DNA of 64,000 bases. Source: the human T2T-CHM13v2.0 reference genome, Homo sapiens. The translations under genes were made by a program, and so were the position numbers. Below, in pieces: positions 61,031 through 64,000 of this stretch. The notes under the pieces are model-generated. The model made no database searches and was not told the DNA's origin. It saw nothing but the letters and a program-made list of their open reading frames with translations. The stretch's first letter is position 1. Every line of letters begins with the position of its first letter. The stretch is taken from NCBI RefSeq assembly GCF_009914755.1, contig NC_060925.1, one strand, 5' to 3'.

Positions 61031-61654
61031 CATGGTTTTTTGAAAAAACAAAATATTCTTTCTCATGGTCATTTGAACTGTAAAGTATTCCAATCCATGC
61101 CTGTGACTTTACTGCTGATGCTCTGATGACTGTAACATCTATATTTCTAGTCACATCCTTCACTCAAACTACAGATCTTTTTTTCAGCTACCTAACTACA
61201 CCTGGGTGGCCTACAGGCATCTGAATGCAGTACGTCCCAAACCCAACAAATTATTCACGCCTATGCCCCATCTTCTATTTTTCCTGTGTTTGCCTAGAAG
61301 ATAAAGTTAGAGTCCATTTTTAATTCTTCCCCATCCTTACCTCCTGGATCTATTGGGTTTCAGAGTCTTTTGAGCTGACTTCTTAACATGGTTTAAGTTA
61401 CTGTTTACCCTGAAAGATGCAAAGGAAAGTTAAATTAGGGCCAGTTTACATGATTAAAAGGTAAGCAAATTGGGTTTCATTCCAAAGTTCTTCGTCGTAG
61501 TGACTTGAGCAGCTGTGCTGACTATCTTACAGCTTGCCACACAGCATCTGCACCACTGTCCCTAGGCAGCTTCCACAGCACCTGGAACCTGGGTTCATGA
61601 GGATACAAGAGCCTCCTGGGCCAGGATGGGAGTAGTTTTCCACTTTAGAAGAAC

Positions 61655-61780
61655 TATATATCTATATATAATATAGATATATATAATATATATAGTTTAT
61701 ATATAAATTATTTACAATTTATATATAATTATTTATAATTTATATATAATTATTTATATTTATATAAATTATTATTATAT
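61655..61780. repeat. AT-only low-complexity / (TA)n repeat
   Basis: Seen directly; tttatatataattattta units. Confidence 0.9.
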
Positions 61781-62544
61781 CAGTGGAAAGTAACAAAGAG
61801 TTGGCCTGCTAAGTAACTGCCTTCCTCAAATCAGCCTCCTCAGTGTGTGTGATCCCAACGAATGGGTCAGGAAAATCAAAGACCCAATCACGAACCTGGA
61901 GCAATTGTTGGGAGTCTGTGCTGCAAATGTTAAATTTACAAGCGTCAGGATTCCGCTGTGCCGACAACGTTTAATTCAGGCTTAGGTAAACCGCGGCTCC
62001 TACAGGCACACTGCAGAGTCCCATGATTAGCTTTTGCTGCCTGTTCCACCTCCTTTACTTCTTATTCTTCCCGCTCCTCTACAGGTCGTGTGCTCTTCTG
62101 CTGCCCAAACCTTCCACCTCTCCTAACCAGCATTTCATCAAGGTTCCCACTGTTCAATTCCTCCCTGACCATTGTACCAAAACTTTTTGTCCTTTAAAGT
62201 ACATGTCATCTTATATTCTGTCCTCTGCCAGCTCCTCGTTGCTGTTATCTGATGACCCTGGGGATAGTCCTTTTTCAACAAGGTCATCTATCATATGGTC
62301 TTGCTCTTTGCTCTAACTCCTGACTGATCCTAGGTCACTGCATTGTCCTTGCAGAGGTCAATCAAGAACTCCGCTCCACAGTTCCTTGACTTTAGTCAAG
62401 ATGAAGTCAGGTCTCTTCTACCACCTCTTCAGGTACTCACTTCCCTGACTGCTCCCTGGACTTTGTCACCTATCCCATTCTGACCACTCCAACTCCATCC
62501 AGTCTTCACTGTAAGAGCTTCAGGCTGCTGGTCCATCTCCTCCC

Positions 62545-63760
<1,216 letters not shown>

Positions 63761-64000
63761 AGCCTTTAATTCCTAAAGAAGGAAACCTTCTTTAAATGAC
63801 TCCATTCTACCCAAATTCTAGTGCTATACCACAGCACTTAGCCTTTTCTGCCAGGAAGTAGGACACATGAAATGCATCATACAGTCAGAGGCCATACATC
63901 CGTGCTTCCTTTCTGACATTTGGAAATCTTGAAAGCAAGACGATTGCTTGGGGAAAAAACTAGGAAGGCAGAGGTCATCGTGTCTGCTGAATGTGGCTTA

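Noticed and set aside
61455-61990. Strong-looking splice donors (AAG|GTAAGC ~61461, TAG|GTAAAC ~61986) as RAB4A exon 2
   Set aside because: No upstream sequence encodes the expected DFLFKFLVIGNAGTGKS peptide.

Overview
Human genomic DNA (the AluYa5 copy is human-specific). I recognise it as the chr1q42.13 region upstream of RAB4A. The only solid protein-coding sequence is the 31-nt first coding exon of RAB4A (ATG at 56016, MSQTAMSETY-D, GT donor at 56047). It lies in a CpG island and is followed by at least 8 kb of intron 1. The antisense strand of the same island carries the historical HRES-1/p28 ORF. A microsatellite/Alu-derived 136-aa ORF that matches my recollection of TMEM78 lies about 21.6 kb upstream. 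The rest is mostly interspersed repeats: more than 30 Alus, old L1/L2/MIR fragments, hAT/Tigger DNA transposons, MaLR LTRs, a cluster of ERV1 solo LTRs (16.7-29.5 kb) and several simple repeats. Leads most worth follow-up: (1) the HRES-1 ORF looks like a frame mosaic of CpG-island antisense sequence rather than a retroviral gene; (2) a possible decayed minus-strand coding exon lies head-to-head with RAB4A at about 53.1-54.3 kb; (3) a young AluYa5 is nested in an LTR8; (4) an LTR2B solo LTR is intact; (5) one Alu carries internal fold-back duplications. I found no convincing new multi-gene system. Repeat subfamily names, gene identities and recalled protein sequences come from memory, not a database search, and repeat boundaries are approximate unless TSDs are given.
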